A stretch of DNA of 64,000 nucleotides, taken from contig CBDIWN010000008.1 in assembly GCA_965285935.1 (NCBI GenBank), positions 372,001 through 436,000 on the forward strand, read 5' to 3'. The notes beneath the pieces were generated by a model, which made no database searches, was not told the DNA's origin, and saw only the letters and a list, made by a program, of their open reading frames with translations. Shown here in pieces: positions 37,601-50,700 of the stretch. Within the stretch, counting starts at the first letter, position 1; every line of letters starts with the position of its first letter. Both the position numbers and the translations under genes were made by a program. The stretch is from Ophelia neglecta (taxonomy: Eukaryota).

Positions 37601-40600
37601 CCAGTGACCACTTTGATAAGCTGGCTTCCCCCTTGCTATATTACCTAAACACAATATTATTAAAATGACGAGGGAGGTAATTACTAAAAGAAAACATAGT
37701 TATAGCATAGTTATTTTCTTCTTAATGGTGAACCCGTCCATAACGAAGAAGTTATGGCAAACTTCTTTAGACAAAAAGATCCCTATATGTAGTATGGAAA
37801 CAACTTATTATATTACTAAAGCTTTCTAAAAGTATGTGTTTGTCAGATCTCTTGATATGGATATATGGGAAAAAACAAAATGTTTCATAAGTGGTAATCA
37901 TAGGTAATATATCGGTGTCTGTGATAGTCTTAGGTTTTTAAACAAATCATGTATAAACGACGTTTGTCATTCATGAATAGTAATATATTACTGTTTTCGC
38001 ACCAGTTTTGATTTCGGCCAGGACCAAAATGGCTCTAACAGATTAATTTAAAATATAATGCATTTTTCCAATAACGGTGAACTGGTCATTTGGGCTTCTG
38101 TCTTACGGCATGAATGGCAAAGAATCAATTTTAAAAAAGTAAACAACAAAAAACTGAAAATGTAATTAGAACATATATTTAACATAAGGAATGTTGGCTA
38201 TCAGCCGTGTCTGATATTTGCACTAAAATGTAAAAGCAGGGTCGGTGTTTTCCCAAGACTTGTTCCAGACAATTTTACAATAAGACCCATAAACAATTTG
38301 CCTTTTTTCTTAGTTGATAACTATTTTCTACAGTACTAAGTTTTAAGAAAAAAATTGCCCATATTTTGAAAGGTCACTGAGAGTATTGGTCATATATTAT
38401 ACGACTTCCATCCGGCTTAGGGATCATTAGAGGGTGTTTTATTTTTATTTTTGCTGTCTGAAGTTTTGATAGAATAGATCGAATATATAAATGGTGTTTG
38501 TTCCGTCCCTAATGGGTGTGTACATTTTTACTAATAATTGCTATCTGAAGATTCAATTGAAAAGACTGATTACATAAATGGTGTTTGTTCGTTCAGAGTT
38601 TCACATACACACGTGGTAATATTTCCTAGTTTGGATATATGAAATATGTTTTGGATATTGAGTCCATAGAAAATGCATTTCATAATTCTAAATGGAAAAT
38701 AATCATGTTTTTATTAACACTGTTTTCTGTTGGTAAGCGTTGTTAGATATGACTTAAGGGATAACATTAATTTGATTAGCATATTGTATAATACTTCCAA
38801 AGATGATATATTTACTATAGACAAAAATAAGAAAGGTTACCAATTTTACACCCTGGTCCAGTTCTTAGCATGGTGGCAGGATCATCCCAACGACACTGTC
38901 CTCCATTCAAACAAGCTCCTGTTAGTTTGTTACAGCCATCAGTACACAGACAGGGAAATACACAGTCCGCAGTATGACCAAATCTACAAAGACCTGATGG
39001 AGGCAATGCTGAACATGATGCCAATGGATGCAATGAAAACGTTTAGACCTCGTTTAGATGAACACATAATTAAAGCCCTTAAACTTTGCACGGAAACTCT
39101 TGTCTTTGCAAATATAAATAAAACATAGTGACACAATGAAATTCTTATAGAACATTAGCTAAAATAGTATTATAAACTCATGCCGTCAGACCCTGGCAGG
39201 AGAGGGAGCGAGAAGCTTTCATATACTTTATAACGGCTTTCCTATCAATTTTAGCTCAAGAGAACAGAGAATCCGATTCAAGTTCAAATATTCACTATTA
39301 CATTGCAAAGTAGTCATATATTTGATAAATATGCGGGTATATGGTATGCGGATCTTTACCTTCAGTTAAAATTAAAGCCAAATTAGCCCATGCACACAGC
39401 TGTGCTCGAAATGCTCTTGCAGCATATATGGGTAAATCACTAAGTTAGCATAAAATAAATAGTTGCTGTCATTGAGGCGGCAATACGTAATTAATAGTGT
39501 CCATTCTCGCTATGATACCGAACCCGTTTGGCTGAGTAAATATATTCTTACTCATAAAGCCTTTCTCATAAACTCTTACTCATACATACAGAACCATATA
39601 CTCTTACTCATATACTCTCATCTCTTATACTTTTATATCTTACTCATATCGAAATTATATCTAAGTCGTTAATGGATGAAGTATTGCTTGCATTGTTATA
39701 ACCTAATGTTCCATTTTAAAGGAAATGGACAAGCTATCCCATGCCTCCCTAACCAACATTTGCCGTTCTCCTACCGGAACCCGCTCCGTCTGCCTTCATT
39801 CATGGCCCATTCTCCAGCCGGGCTTCATCGCTCAATTAACAACACATATTGTTCAGTATTCACCCTCACCAGTCACCAGGTTTTGTTCAGTACACATAAT
39901 TGAACCCTTGAAGGGAAAACATATGTTTTGTGAACACTTCCGGACAAGTATTCCCAAGTATAACAACTTGTATGCCTGATACATAGGGCCTATGCTTTGG
40001 CATGCATTCTGCCTAAATAAGCCGTCAAATGTATTCAAGAGGGATTTATTTTACTCGAGAAATGATCCTTTCTCTTTTCATTTACAAGGATCCATAATTG
40101 GCAACAATAACTTTCCATGAATTGTGAAGAGATAAATATCGCTATTTCTTTAAATGAGGCACGCAAATTTTAGTTATCTTTCATCTGTGATAAGACACAC
40201 CAAAACTCCTAAGCGGCTCTTTGGCGCATTTTTCTCAAGCTTATGTTCGGTCTCTATTGATCCTATCTCCAACATTTGAAAGTAAAAATTACCATACTAT
40301 ACTTAGTCACAAGTATGGAAGGAAATGGTGCAAATCCGCAGGGTAGCAGCTAACTCCCCCCCCCCCCCCCCGCCCCCTCCTCACGGTTTTTAACATCCCA
40401 ACGTTTACACAGCGCTATGTACGCACTTTTATGTTCAAAGGTGAACTTGAAATTTTCTTCCCATATTCTGGTGACTGTTGTGCCAAATTTACATTTGATT
40501 AGAATTTAATATATTTTCTCCAATATCCATTGAAATATTGAAATCAAAGAAAAAGTGCGCGAGGTACTTGGCAGTAATATGCAAAGGCTACGGGCAGTAT

Positions 40601-41977
40601 CGACTAAAAATTAATATTTACACTAACCTCAAACACGTGGAATTTCATATATGTAATTATAATAGTGGGTTGCATATTATAGATTAAGTTGTATGAAGTT
40701 TGAGCACGCTCTCTTAACGGGTCAGCGGTGTTGCACTAAAGTCTGTTTCTTCTCGAAAGTAAGCCATCGCGCGAAAGCGGGAGTCACTGCCCTTTGCACT
40801 TGCACGACAGAAATGCAATGCTCGCGTATGTCTAGCCTTACCGCACCCAAGAACAAGATTGAGACAAATGTTTCAAACTAGACCAGATATTCATAGATAT
40901 ATATTCTTTAGAACAATAAAAATGGAGTCATGAATACTGAAGCTTGACAAATTTGCCTTTCAAAGTATTAAGCTATTTAGTCGTTGACCTACTTCCAATA
41001 CAAAGCGATGATCATTGACTGTGTATTATAGGATGGTAATGGTTTTTGCACATAGCGTGTATGCACATACTTTATGTATAGAATTCACCACTTTGCAAAC
41101 AATCAGTCATGCATTTGACTAAGATTCCATGGACGGATTTAAAAGTTGGCGAAGCTCATTCTTGCACCAAGAGACCATTTTAAGCCGTGAAATATATAAC
41201 CTTACTGGCAGAGGTCACTAATATTTTTACACCGCTTTATTACATTTACTTTATAATGGTAATATTATACCTAGCTTATGGGAGGTCAAACTTTAGCCAT
41301 GCCAAATCCCGGACAGTTGCCCCCCCCCCCCCTCTCCCTACTTCGTTTCTCACTATTGAAGGCTTCTGCCCCGTGTAACCCTCGAGGGCCGCAACTATAC
41401 CTTTCCTTTATTCTCAATTTAATTTGTACATTTAGATTTTGCGTGTGATGAATATGATTTTTCCTCAAAATAATTGTTAAGGTAAACTCTTAGCGATCTT
41501 TGGGTAGTCGCAAGGGTACTGGAGGTCAGGAATTATAAATTGCGGAGCAAGCAAATGATTCAGAACCATTCACCTCGACTGTTGCGAAGGGTATGGTCTG
41601 TAATAAGTGTTACGATTTTGGTCAAGATTTGAAGATGTATCGTCGGCTCCGACGCGGCCACATATTTCTGATACCTTTAGGTATCATGCATCACAAAAAT
41701 TCAACATAAAATATAACCGTTAAGCAACTCACCCTTTTATTATTTTTACATATGACAAGAGAGTAGCTCATTTAATATCGTCTTGTATTGTGTCGCAAAC
41801 AACACATCCACTCATTTGAATAATAAATCATGCCGCTGCCAACAACAACAATATTGTGTAATTGTAATACACATAATTATAGTTAAGATACATTTACTAA
41901 CCTGGTTGGCCAACAACTCTAGTTGTAAGAAAGACAGTGGAACCGACTAGCAAACACACATTAATCAGAGGAGCCAT
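26721..41977 (-). CDS. Gene C: tandem-domain receptor-type protein tyrosine phosphatase with F-type lectin/EGF/FN3 ectodomain; 25 exons, about 1411 codons, one in-frame TAG at 34895-34893
   Basis: Exons 41977-41902 (signal peptide), 38993-38841, 37644-37429, 36394-36167, 35893-35807, 35593-34547 (9 EGF-like repeats), 34257-33910, 33660-33546 (TM), 33373-33288, 33168-32954, 32337-32250, 31982-31912 (DYINAS), 31254-31215, 30944-30847, 30718-30590 (KCAQYWP), 29852-29707 (WPD, IIVHC), 29601-29466 (SAGIGRTG), 29118-28969, 28632-28533, 28417-28344, 28102-27968, 27847-27710, 27511-27363, 27147-27012, 26795-26721 (TAG). All GT-AG with consistent phases. Confidence 0.9.
29070..32337 (-). other. PTP domain D1 of gene C, catalytic motifs intact
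   Basis: [63 protein letters not shown] and MVQSLSQYEF occur in the canonical order of classical PTP motifs. Confidence 0.9.
32049..32140. repeat. Short tandem repeat, about 26-bp unit (GTAAAATATGNCTCGTGAAATGTATA), about 3 copies
   Basis: Visible in gene C intron 11. Confidence 0.7.
36600..36770 (+). mobile_element. LINE (CR1/L2-group) ORF2 C-terminal fragment
   Basis: [29 protein letters not shown] resembles the IRPVLEYACxVW motif of these elements. Confidence 0.7.
36862..36990 (+). repeat. About 130-bp dispersed repeat, second copy at about 40591-40730
   Basis: GTATCGACTAAAA..CACTAACC..GTGGGTTGCATATTATA..TTGAGCACGCTCTCTTAACGGGTCAGCGG is present in introns 3 and 1 of gene C. Confidence 0.8.
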
Positions 41978-43681
41978 TTTCAAATCACCATGAATGTGTT
42001 ATTGCGAAGAGGAAGCTGGCTAGAAGTGATATAGGTTGATATCCAGTAGGTTTGTGAATTCAAAATAAATCTAACTACCCGGTACCTGGGCGGTCGTTTG
42101 GAACTAAATAAATGAACGTGGATACGATAAGAAACAGACAAGGTGGCTTTCAAATCCCCTATTTGCAGGGATGTCATTTATTTACACGCATTCACATAAG
42201 AATGAATACTAGTATAAACATTGATGTAAGCGTTTTGTGGCATGTATTTGCACGGAGCGCGCGAAGTTTATTCTTATTAAACAACTTTTGAATATTTTAC
42301 CATATAGGAATAATTTTATATGTAACTTAACTCAGCACAGGGCTAAAAAGATAAATAAAGAGGCCTTACTTGGCACTGACGTGCATAAGAATGATCTGGG
42401 AGAGAGGATTTTTAAGTGGCAAGAATAGACATTTAATGTGTATTAGCTTGATACATTCAGTTTGTCGCCATCATATGTTTATTAATGTTGTAAAATATTT
42501 CCCTCGCAAAATCTTCGTTTATCGTTTAGTACTACACACTCGTGTTGCTCGTATAGAAAACGATCCTGATCTGACTAATGGTTTTGAAACCTAACACCCA
42601 TATAGGCCAGAGAGACATAACAAGTACTGGTTTGTCATATGGCATATGTCATGCCTGTTCAAATCACTTAACATTCATCTCATGTCAGTTCCTTTTAACT
42701 TGTATATAAATGTTCAGTCAATGTATCTGAAGTGATTGGCTTTTGTATAGCCCATATAATATGAATATTTATGTACGAGGCAAAGTAATACCACGTGAAA
42801 AAATATATTTACAGGCAAACAAGTATGTTACAGGAAATCAAAGAATGGACTGTACTTTGTCCTCATGAAACCACATGCAATGTAATAATATCAAGGCGTG
42901 TGCAAATGTAGTCAGATTCGTGTTCATTAAAATACAAAGAAAATTTGCCTTAAGCTAATACTAGTTTGTTTGCCGTGAACGTTAACTGGTACACGATAAG
43001 TTGTTTGGCTGAAAATTTCATTGAATATATTAACACTAATATAGCTTTTAGTTCATATGGGTTTTAAAATAAAAATGCCGGTAGGGAGTATATTTATTTT
43101 AACCGCCGACAAATATTATAGAACATTCATTGGCAATTGGCCATTATTTCAATCGGAATTCATCAGGAATGGTCAGTTGCAGGCCTGCAAATATCAAACG
43201 CATGTCCCAGTCAAAGCCCATTACAAACGTATAAGTTGTCCACTTAAAACAAAGATGAAATATACTTCGGAGACTCTATGGTTTATAAAAGAGGTTGTAT
43301 CAATCCAATGCTCTATAATTGTAAGGTCACCATAGTTCTAACCATCGTGGCGGAATAGTGTGAATGCTGTGTTGCCATTGGCTGATCGCAACTGCCATAT
43401 TGGCTGCTGTCGCAATAAAGTACATGCATATATGTATGGTTGTGCGCATTTCTGTATTCAAGTCATGGTTTCAAGTCAAAGGATTTCATTTCGAACAAAG
43501 TAGAATTATTAACATATCCGGCGACGGCATATCCAGCTCCATTGGTGTTTCCGAACGGTCGCCTGGAACTAATACATTCGTCTCCACTACTCTAAACACA
43601 CGAATCCTATAGGCTATAGAATAAGGTGCTTCCGGCAATGTTATATAGGTTAGGTGTTCATCGTGGATTGAATAATACTAT

Positions 43682-44200
43682 TGTCACGAACCGGCGCTGT
43701 TCTATTCAAATTTATCTATTGGGACGATATAGGTGATGTTTAGAACTGGCACCGGTATTAGCCTAGCCTACTCTCGATACAGGTTCTATAGTCTACATGG
43801 CATTCACATAAATACATTCACTAACCACCTTAACCATTGCTGAGGGTCCTGGGGAGATATTTACACGGGCCCGGGACCAGGGCTGATATATACGGGCCGG
43901 GGACCGGGGCTAAGGGAGGCTGGGGTATGGCAACACGGACGGAGGAGGAAGACACAAGGGAGCGATAGACATTCGGGTCCCGTTAGATCAGGTAGAGCGG
44001 TTCGGCCGGCTCCGGTATCTCCGTAGACAAGGCACCCTTGATAGGCTAGACAGTTCTGCTCGGTTGGTTTTCGGTAGCTCGCTGGCCCAGCTAGTCCTCG
44101 GTCTGCTCAACAGAGGTGCTCCACCGACATACATAGGACCGACTCGGCAGGGGTCACGGGCTAGCACAATGAACAGCTGATACATAGTAATGTAAGTTTC
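43682..44200 (+). mobile_element. Possible truncated LTR-like sequence; 5'-truncated second copy from 48986
   Basis: Starts TGTCACG, is GC-rich, and has a TATA-like GATATATA. No clear CA end or TSD found. Confidence 0.35.
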
Positions 44201-46086
44201 CGTTTCGCAAATCGATTTTTTTTTCAATCAAGTTATTTGAACACAATGTCCCTGCCACGCCTACCCAAATCAGAATAGTGCTGCGCATAACCTATATTTC
44301 GTATTGCAAGATCCTTCACATTTTCATTTCTTTTGTTCTGGGAGGACAATAATTTTCCATGAAACGCGAACAGGTTATCTTTTTGAGGTATATGCGATAC
44401 TTTAGTTTATTTTTGCATGTATTGGGATGTGATCTACTAATGCCAATTTCGTACCAGTCACCAGAGTGGAAGCTTGGTGCACTTTCGACAAACAACCGTT
44501 GGGTCATTTTTTATCTTCCTATGTTTAAAGTATAGGCGACAAAAGTATCTCACTATTCTTATTGACAGTTAGAAAAAGCAGTCGACCCCCCTCCCCCTCT
44601 CCCGCCCCTTGCTGCTTGATAATAAGGTCAATGTAGCCCATTGCTTGGGGTATACATTTTGTATTTGATTGTATCCTGAAAACCACAGTACACTTGTTCA
44701 AAGGATTCGAAGGATATTAGTACTTAATGAGTATACACCAGTAACATGCATGTATTCCTGAATACTGCCTGTCGGAGATGAGTTCAGCCTAGTTTAGCTA
44801 TTTATCTTGCAGGGGGCTGCTGCATATGATTAATCAAAAGCATAAGTAGGGTGAAAGTTGTGTTTTTGCAGCGCTAGTGGGTTCATTGAAAACCATGCTA
44901 GCACTTCGAGGTGGGCAAAGAAAGTTGACAATGCAGACTATTGAGATTGAGAGAAAGAGAAGACTATGTCGGATTTAAACTGGTAGCTTAGGAAAGCGTT
45001 ATCCTCCCCCCCCCCCCAACAACCTCACACACCATAGATCAACACGTTGACTTAAGATAATCACAGGTTTTACCAGTTCGAAATGAATTTTTTTCATATT
45101 TGTATTTCCCATGCTCGTTCAAAAGGAAGCAAACCGCCTGATATGACCTTCTTAACTGATCAGGTCATTAGTATTTACTCCCTGTCTGGCTAGACGGAAT
45201 GAATTCAATAAACTATTGAATATGAATTGAAACCTGTCGATGTATGGTTTTCGTCTTTAACGAAATTCAAATATCTATATAATATTGAGTTGAGAACTGC
45301 ACGAGGGCTCGACAGTCATATGAAAGCTGTTTAACATAACTGAATATGCACACAACAAAAGTGTCAGGAATCTCCCACGTATTATTTTTCTTCTGTTTAG
45401 TGTCATATGATCACAGGCCCTATACAAATGAAGAGTAAATTTTCGTCCAAGACTACCTAATATTGATGCATTTAGCATAATTCCATTTTGATTTAACCGA
45501 AACCGACCTCTATATTCACTTAATAGTCAGTAAAACTATTCAAATGCAAGCAGAATGGTCAAAGATTAGCTTTGACACTAGCTTTCTATTAGTGTATGCT
45601 AATTGTCATGAGCACAATTTTATTAAACCTTACTTATTATGTAGGACTAGAAGTCTAATTTAAAAAAAAATACTTATTCTATTTCGCCTTAGCCTATTGC
45701 CAATAGTATTGCCAAGAGTATGTTTGTACACAGGGGACAGTATCGACACCCGCACCCGTGGTATTGATAAGTTTCTAAATGCTGAGGCATATAATTAAAC
45801 AAGGCCAGTGTTACCAGTAAATTTAAGATTTACTGGTTTAGTTCTAACCAAATTGAGCAAGACACACATAGTTATCTAACTTATCCTTATATAGGAAGTC
45901 GAATAGCATTAGGATGTTCAATTGATTTACGGGCTTCATCCATCGTTTATCTGGTTATAATGATTTGCCAGTAAGTATTTTAATAACAAGTCACATAATA
46001 TTCCCCTAGTGACCTCATAATGTTGTTAGTATGTTCTTTTGAGAGTATTGTCACTTCAATAATGTTAATGGTTAATACTTTAATAA

Positions 46087-46617
46087 CACGTGTGTGATAG
46101 CCAGCCTGTCTGAGCATTCGTAGCTTTAACACATGATTGATACTCCGAACCTATCTGAGCACTCCTAGTAATAACATGTGAGTGATAGTTCATCCCTGTC
46201 TGAACAACCCTAATTATAAAGTGTGCGTTATAAGCAGGGCCTATCCGAGAATTCTAAGTTAAAACACGTGAGTGATAATCCGGCCCTATCTTAGCACGAC
46301 TAGCTATAACATTATAGTGATAACTTTGCCCTTTCAGAGCATTCCTAACTTTATCGACTGAGGGATAACCCGGGCCTATCTGTGCCCTCCTTTCTATATC
46401 ACATGATTGATAATCCGGCTCTATCTGAGCACTCTATCTATATCACGTGATTGATAATCCGGCTCTATCTGAGCACTCTTATCTTTACCACGTGAGTGAT
46501 AATCCGGCCTTATCTGAACATTCCTAAGTATGACACGCGAGTGACAATCCGGCCCAATCTAAGCACTATAAGCCGTAACACGTTAGTGACAAATCGGCCC
46601 TATCTGAAAATTCTTAA
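46087..46617. repeat. Diverged 45-bp minisatellite, 12 units (consensus about CACGTGAGTGATAATCCGGCCCTATCTGAGCACTCCTAGTTATAA)
   Basis: Units aligned by eye; period 45 bp, with one unit slightly shorter. Confidence 0.9.
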
Positions 46618-47077
46618 TGTCACTTAGTTTTTACCTTGTCTATGGATCCAGATCTGGTGCATTTCTGCATCACTGTTCATGTGTTGATTGAACAGTAATT
46701 GTTTTTGTTATTGATAAAGCTTAACCGTTTCCATTTTGCTCCAGTTCTACTTACGAAAAAATGCAGAAGAAATCCGAAAAGGTCTGGAAATTCCATCGGT
46801 ATCAATTAGTAGATGAATTCTACAACAATTGCGCCGCCATTGATCATCATCTGTAGCATATGGTACTTAGCGACGATTTATACCATAAACTTAATGACAC
46901 AGTACAAGATAAGGGGCCGTTCTGTAAGAACCATTTTCTATATTTCTATATATACCATGCTTAGCTCAATATTTCCATTGCCTAATGCGCTAGGACTAAA
47001 CACATCGACGATAGATCCGTAAAGTAAATAGCTATCACTAGTACAGTATATTAAGTGTAACAACGGATATTTAACTT

Positions 47078-47778
47078 TCCGGCACCCATTGGGTAAGTGA
47101 GGTCGTGTCTGTCTTGAGCACAGATAGAAATACCAGCAGCTCAAATGACTCACCTCTTCATGTGCGAGTGCCATTCTTGGACAATTTCTTCATGGAAGAG
47201 AAAACTGCTGGCTGCCAGAGACGCATTTGTCTCCTAAAGAGCTTCCAGATCACGTTTGGCTTCTTTCAGCAAATATTATACTGGTTTTAATAAATCCCAA
47301 ATCGGCCATAGTGTCCCGATATAATTTCGACCTGGACAGCAATGCTTTAATTCATGGGATGATTATTTTCAGTTTCAACTATCAAAAAATGTTCTTTACG
47401 GCCATTGGTTTACTTATACAAAGAGGTGGTGGGAATATGCGCACAAAGCAAATGTTCACATTTTTACTTACGAGAATTTATCTTACGATTTAGAAGGTAC
47501 TATTGAAAAAATGGCTGAATTCTTAAATACAAAAATTAGTAAAGAAACAGTTACTAAAATCGCAAAAGCATGTTAAATTCGAATCAATGCGTACCAATCC
47601 AATGACAAATGAAATACGAATGCAAGGTTCCCTTTTGAAAATTCATAGACGTGGGGGAGTGGAGGACTGGAAGAATTATTTTATTGTAGCACAAAACGAG
47701 CTTTTTAATCAAACGTACAGTAAGCATATTCAAAGTGGAAGCAGCATTGGAAATTATTTGATACATAAAATTCCATGA
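47078..47778 (+). pseudogene. Cytosolic sulfotransferase (SULT1-like) pseudogene, copy 1
   Basis: SGTHWVSEVV (5'-PSB remnant), RVPFLD, INPKSAIVSRYNF, GHWFTYTKRWWE, TYENLSYDLEGTIEKMAEFL and FESMRTNPMTN..RRGGVEDWKNYFIVAQNELF across frameshifts and a stop. Extra 10-bp deletion at about 47220. Confidence 0.85.
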
Positions 47779-50700
47779 CATTGAAACATGCGAAATCCAC
47801 TGTCCATACGCCCGTTGCAGTTACGAACGCCCCGGCCTGCGTGATACAATCAATGAACCCAAAATCAAATAGCGATATTTAACTTCATTTAAACAACATT
47901 ACTACATTATTTACATAATAAGTTATATTTATATCTACTATGTAGCTCAATTAGGGAGAGGGTTAAGAGGATTATTAGATTTGATTTTTGAAAGAGGGGA
48001 CCTGTTGTAAATTTAATCTGCTACTTCATGGTAGAGTTTTTCTTTTAGGCACAGGTATTAATTCTTTAAATCGAAATAGCACATATGACGATTATCCAAT
48101 ACTCTGCCAATTATGAAACCATCATTTTTTTCAATTGTAGTACCTTTTTTTCAATTAATAGGATTTCACATTTTACTTAAAATTAGACAGCAAAATAACG
48201 ATTAATTTCTATACTTTGTCACATAGGAGCAAATGATGATATATCGCTTTATGTTCGTTTTTTTGTTGAAAAAAATGTATATAGCATGAACAAAGGAGTT
48301 GGAGCTTATAATGATTAAGCACGTGTAAGGTTTGTCTTCGTCAATCTTTACTGTGGTCCATTTATATATGTCTTCCGGTAGTTTTGAATAATGATCTGGA
48401 AACGTCACCTTAACGTGGAAATGCAATAATATACCAGTCTATTCAGTACATGTACACTTAAGTAGCTGGGAATTTATATTTATACGTATGCGCTACAGTG
48501 GTTTCTCTTCATCTTTATTGCAGTTATGAGAAATGTATATCAAATACGTTGATCTGTCCTTTGAGATATCAGCACGCCTTTTCATGAGGTTTATTAACCC
48601 ACTTACTCTTCTGTCACTGGCGACTATGCTGTCTTTAGGAATGTCATATACGACTTTGTTCTTAGGCAGAGTGCGCACCAAACAACGAAAACAGTCCACG
48701 AAACAAGAAAATTCATCCTTTTCCTGTAGTCTTAATAAAACAATGAAAAACATGTTCAAGTCTTAATTGTACATTTATTATGACAAAGTCAGTCTCAATG
48801 CGTATGGTTTCGTTGTAAATTGATAAAATCATATCAGCATTTAAATGGCAATTAGGTCGAGGAAATCAAACATCAGTCTTTGAAAGAATGTCGGTAATAA
48901 TTTGTCTCACGTACATGTAACATCTCACAATACATATATATTCTTAATGAACTATTAGTAATGTTCATAATTAGGTGGCATGTTATATTCAAATTTATCT
49001 ATTGGGACGATATAGGTGATGTTTAGAACTGGCACCGGTATTAGCCTAGCCTACTGTCGATACAGGTTCTATACTCTACATGGCATTCACATTAATACAT
49101 TCACTAACCAACTTAACCATTGCTGGGGCTCCTGGGGAGATATATACACGGGCCCGGGACCAGGGCTGATATATACGGGCCGGGGACCGGGGCTAAGGGA
49201 GGCTGGGGTATGGCAACACGGACGGAGGAGGAAGACACAAGGGAGCGACAGACATTCGGGTCCCGTTAGATCAGGTAGAGCGGTTCGGCCGGCTGCGGTA
49301 TCTCCGTACACAAGGCACCCTTGATAGGCTAGACAGTTCTGCTCGGTTGGTTTTCGGTAGCTCGCTGGCCCAGCTAGTCCTCGGTCTGCTCAACAGAGGT
49401 GCTCCACCGACATACATAGGACCGACTCGGCAGGGGTCACGGGCTAGCACAATGAACAGCTGATACATAGTAATGTAAGTTTCCGTTTCGCAAATCGATT
49501 TTTTTTTCAATCAAGTTATTTGAACACAATGTCCCTGCCACGCCTACCCAAATCAGAATAGTGCTGCGCATAACCTATATTTCGTATTGCAAGATCCTTC
49601 ACATTTTCATTTCTTTTGTTCTGGGAGGACAATAATTTTCTATGAAACGCGAACAGGTTATCTTTTTGAGGTATATGCGATACTTTAGTTTATTTTTGCA
49701 TGTATTGGGATGTGATCTACTAATGCCAATTTCGTACCAGTCACCAGAGTGGAAGCTTGGTGCACTTTCGACAAACAACCGTTGGGTCATTTTTTATCTT
49801 CCTATGTTTAAAGTATAGGCGACAAAAGTATCTCACTATTCTTATTGACAGTTAGAAAAAGCAGTCGACCCCCCTCCCCCTCTCCCGCCCCTTGCTGCTT
49901 GATAATAAGGTCAATGTAGCCCATTGCTTGGGGTATACATTTTGTATTTGATTGTATCCTGAAAACCACAGTACACTTGTTCAAAGGATTCGAAGGATTT
50001 TAGTACTTAATGAGTATACACCAGTAACATGCATGTATTCCTGAATACTGCCTGTCGGAGATGAGTTCAGCCTAGTTTAGCTATTTATCTTGCAGGGGGC
50101 TGCTGCATATGATTAATCAAAAGCATAAGTAGGGTGAAAGTTGTGTTTTTGCAGCGCTAGTGGGTTCATTGAAAACCATGCTAGCACTTCGAGGTGGGCA
50201 AAGAAAGTTGACAATGCAGACTATTGAGATTGAGAGAAAGAGAAGACTATGTCGGATTTAAACTGGTAGCTTAGGAAAGCGTTATCCTCCCCCCCCCCCC
50301 CCCCAACAACCTCACACACCATAGATCAACACGTTGACTTAAGATAATCACAGGTTTTACCAGTTCGAAATGAATTTTTTTCATATTTGTATTTCCCATG
50401 TTCGTTCAAAAGGAAGCAAACCGCCTGATATGACCTTCTTAACTGATCAGGTCATTAGTATTTACTCCCTGTCTGGCTAGACGGAATGAATTCAATAAAC
50501 TATTGAATATGAATTGAAACCTGTCGATGTATGGTTTTCGTCTTTAACGAAATTCAAATATCTATATAATATTGAGTTGAGAACTGCACGAGGGCTCGAC
50601 AGTCATATGAAAGCTGTTTAACATAACTGAATATGCACACAACAAAAGTGTCAGGAATCTCCCACGTATTATTTTTCTTCTGTTTAGTGTCATATGATCA

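Noticed and set aside
26721-41977. Assigning vertebrate symbols such as PTPRA, PTPRK or MEGF10
   Set aside because: The domain architecture matches no vertebrate gene one-to-one; orthology needs a phylogeny.
46087-46617. CRISPR-like or coding interpretation of the 45-bp array
   Set aside because: The variable parts are homologous to each other rather than unique spacers, there are no cas genes, the context is eukaryotic, and the frames checked contain stops (for example CAC TAA and GCT TAG).
48202-48759. Minus-strand ORFs containing VVYDIP (also 53498-54372), considered as a viral Rep/SF3 helicase fragment
   Set aside because: No Walker A or other supporting motif is visible; cannot be assigned without a profile search.
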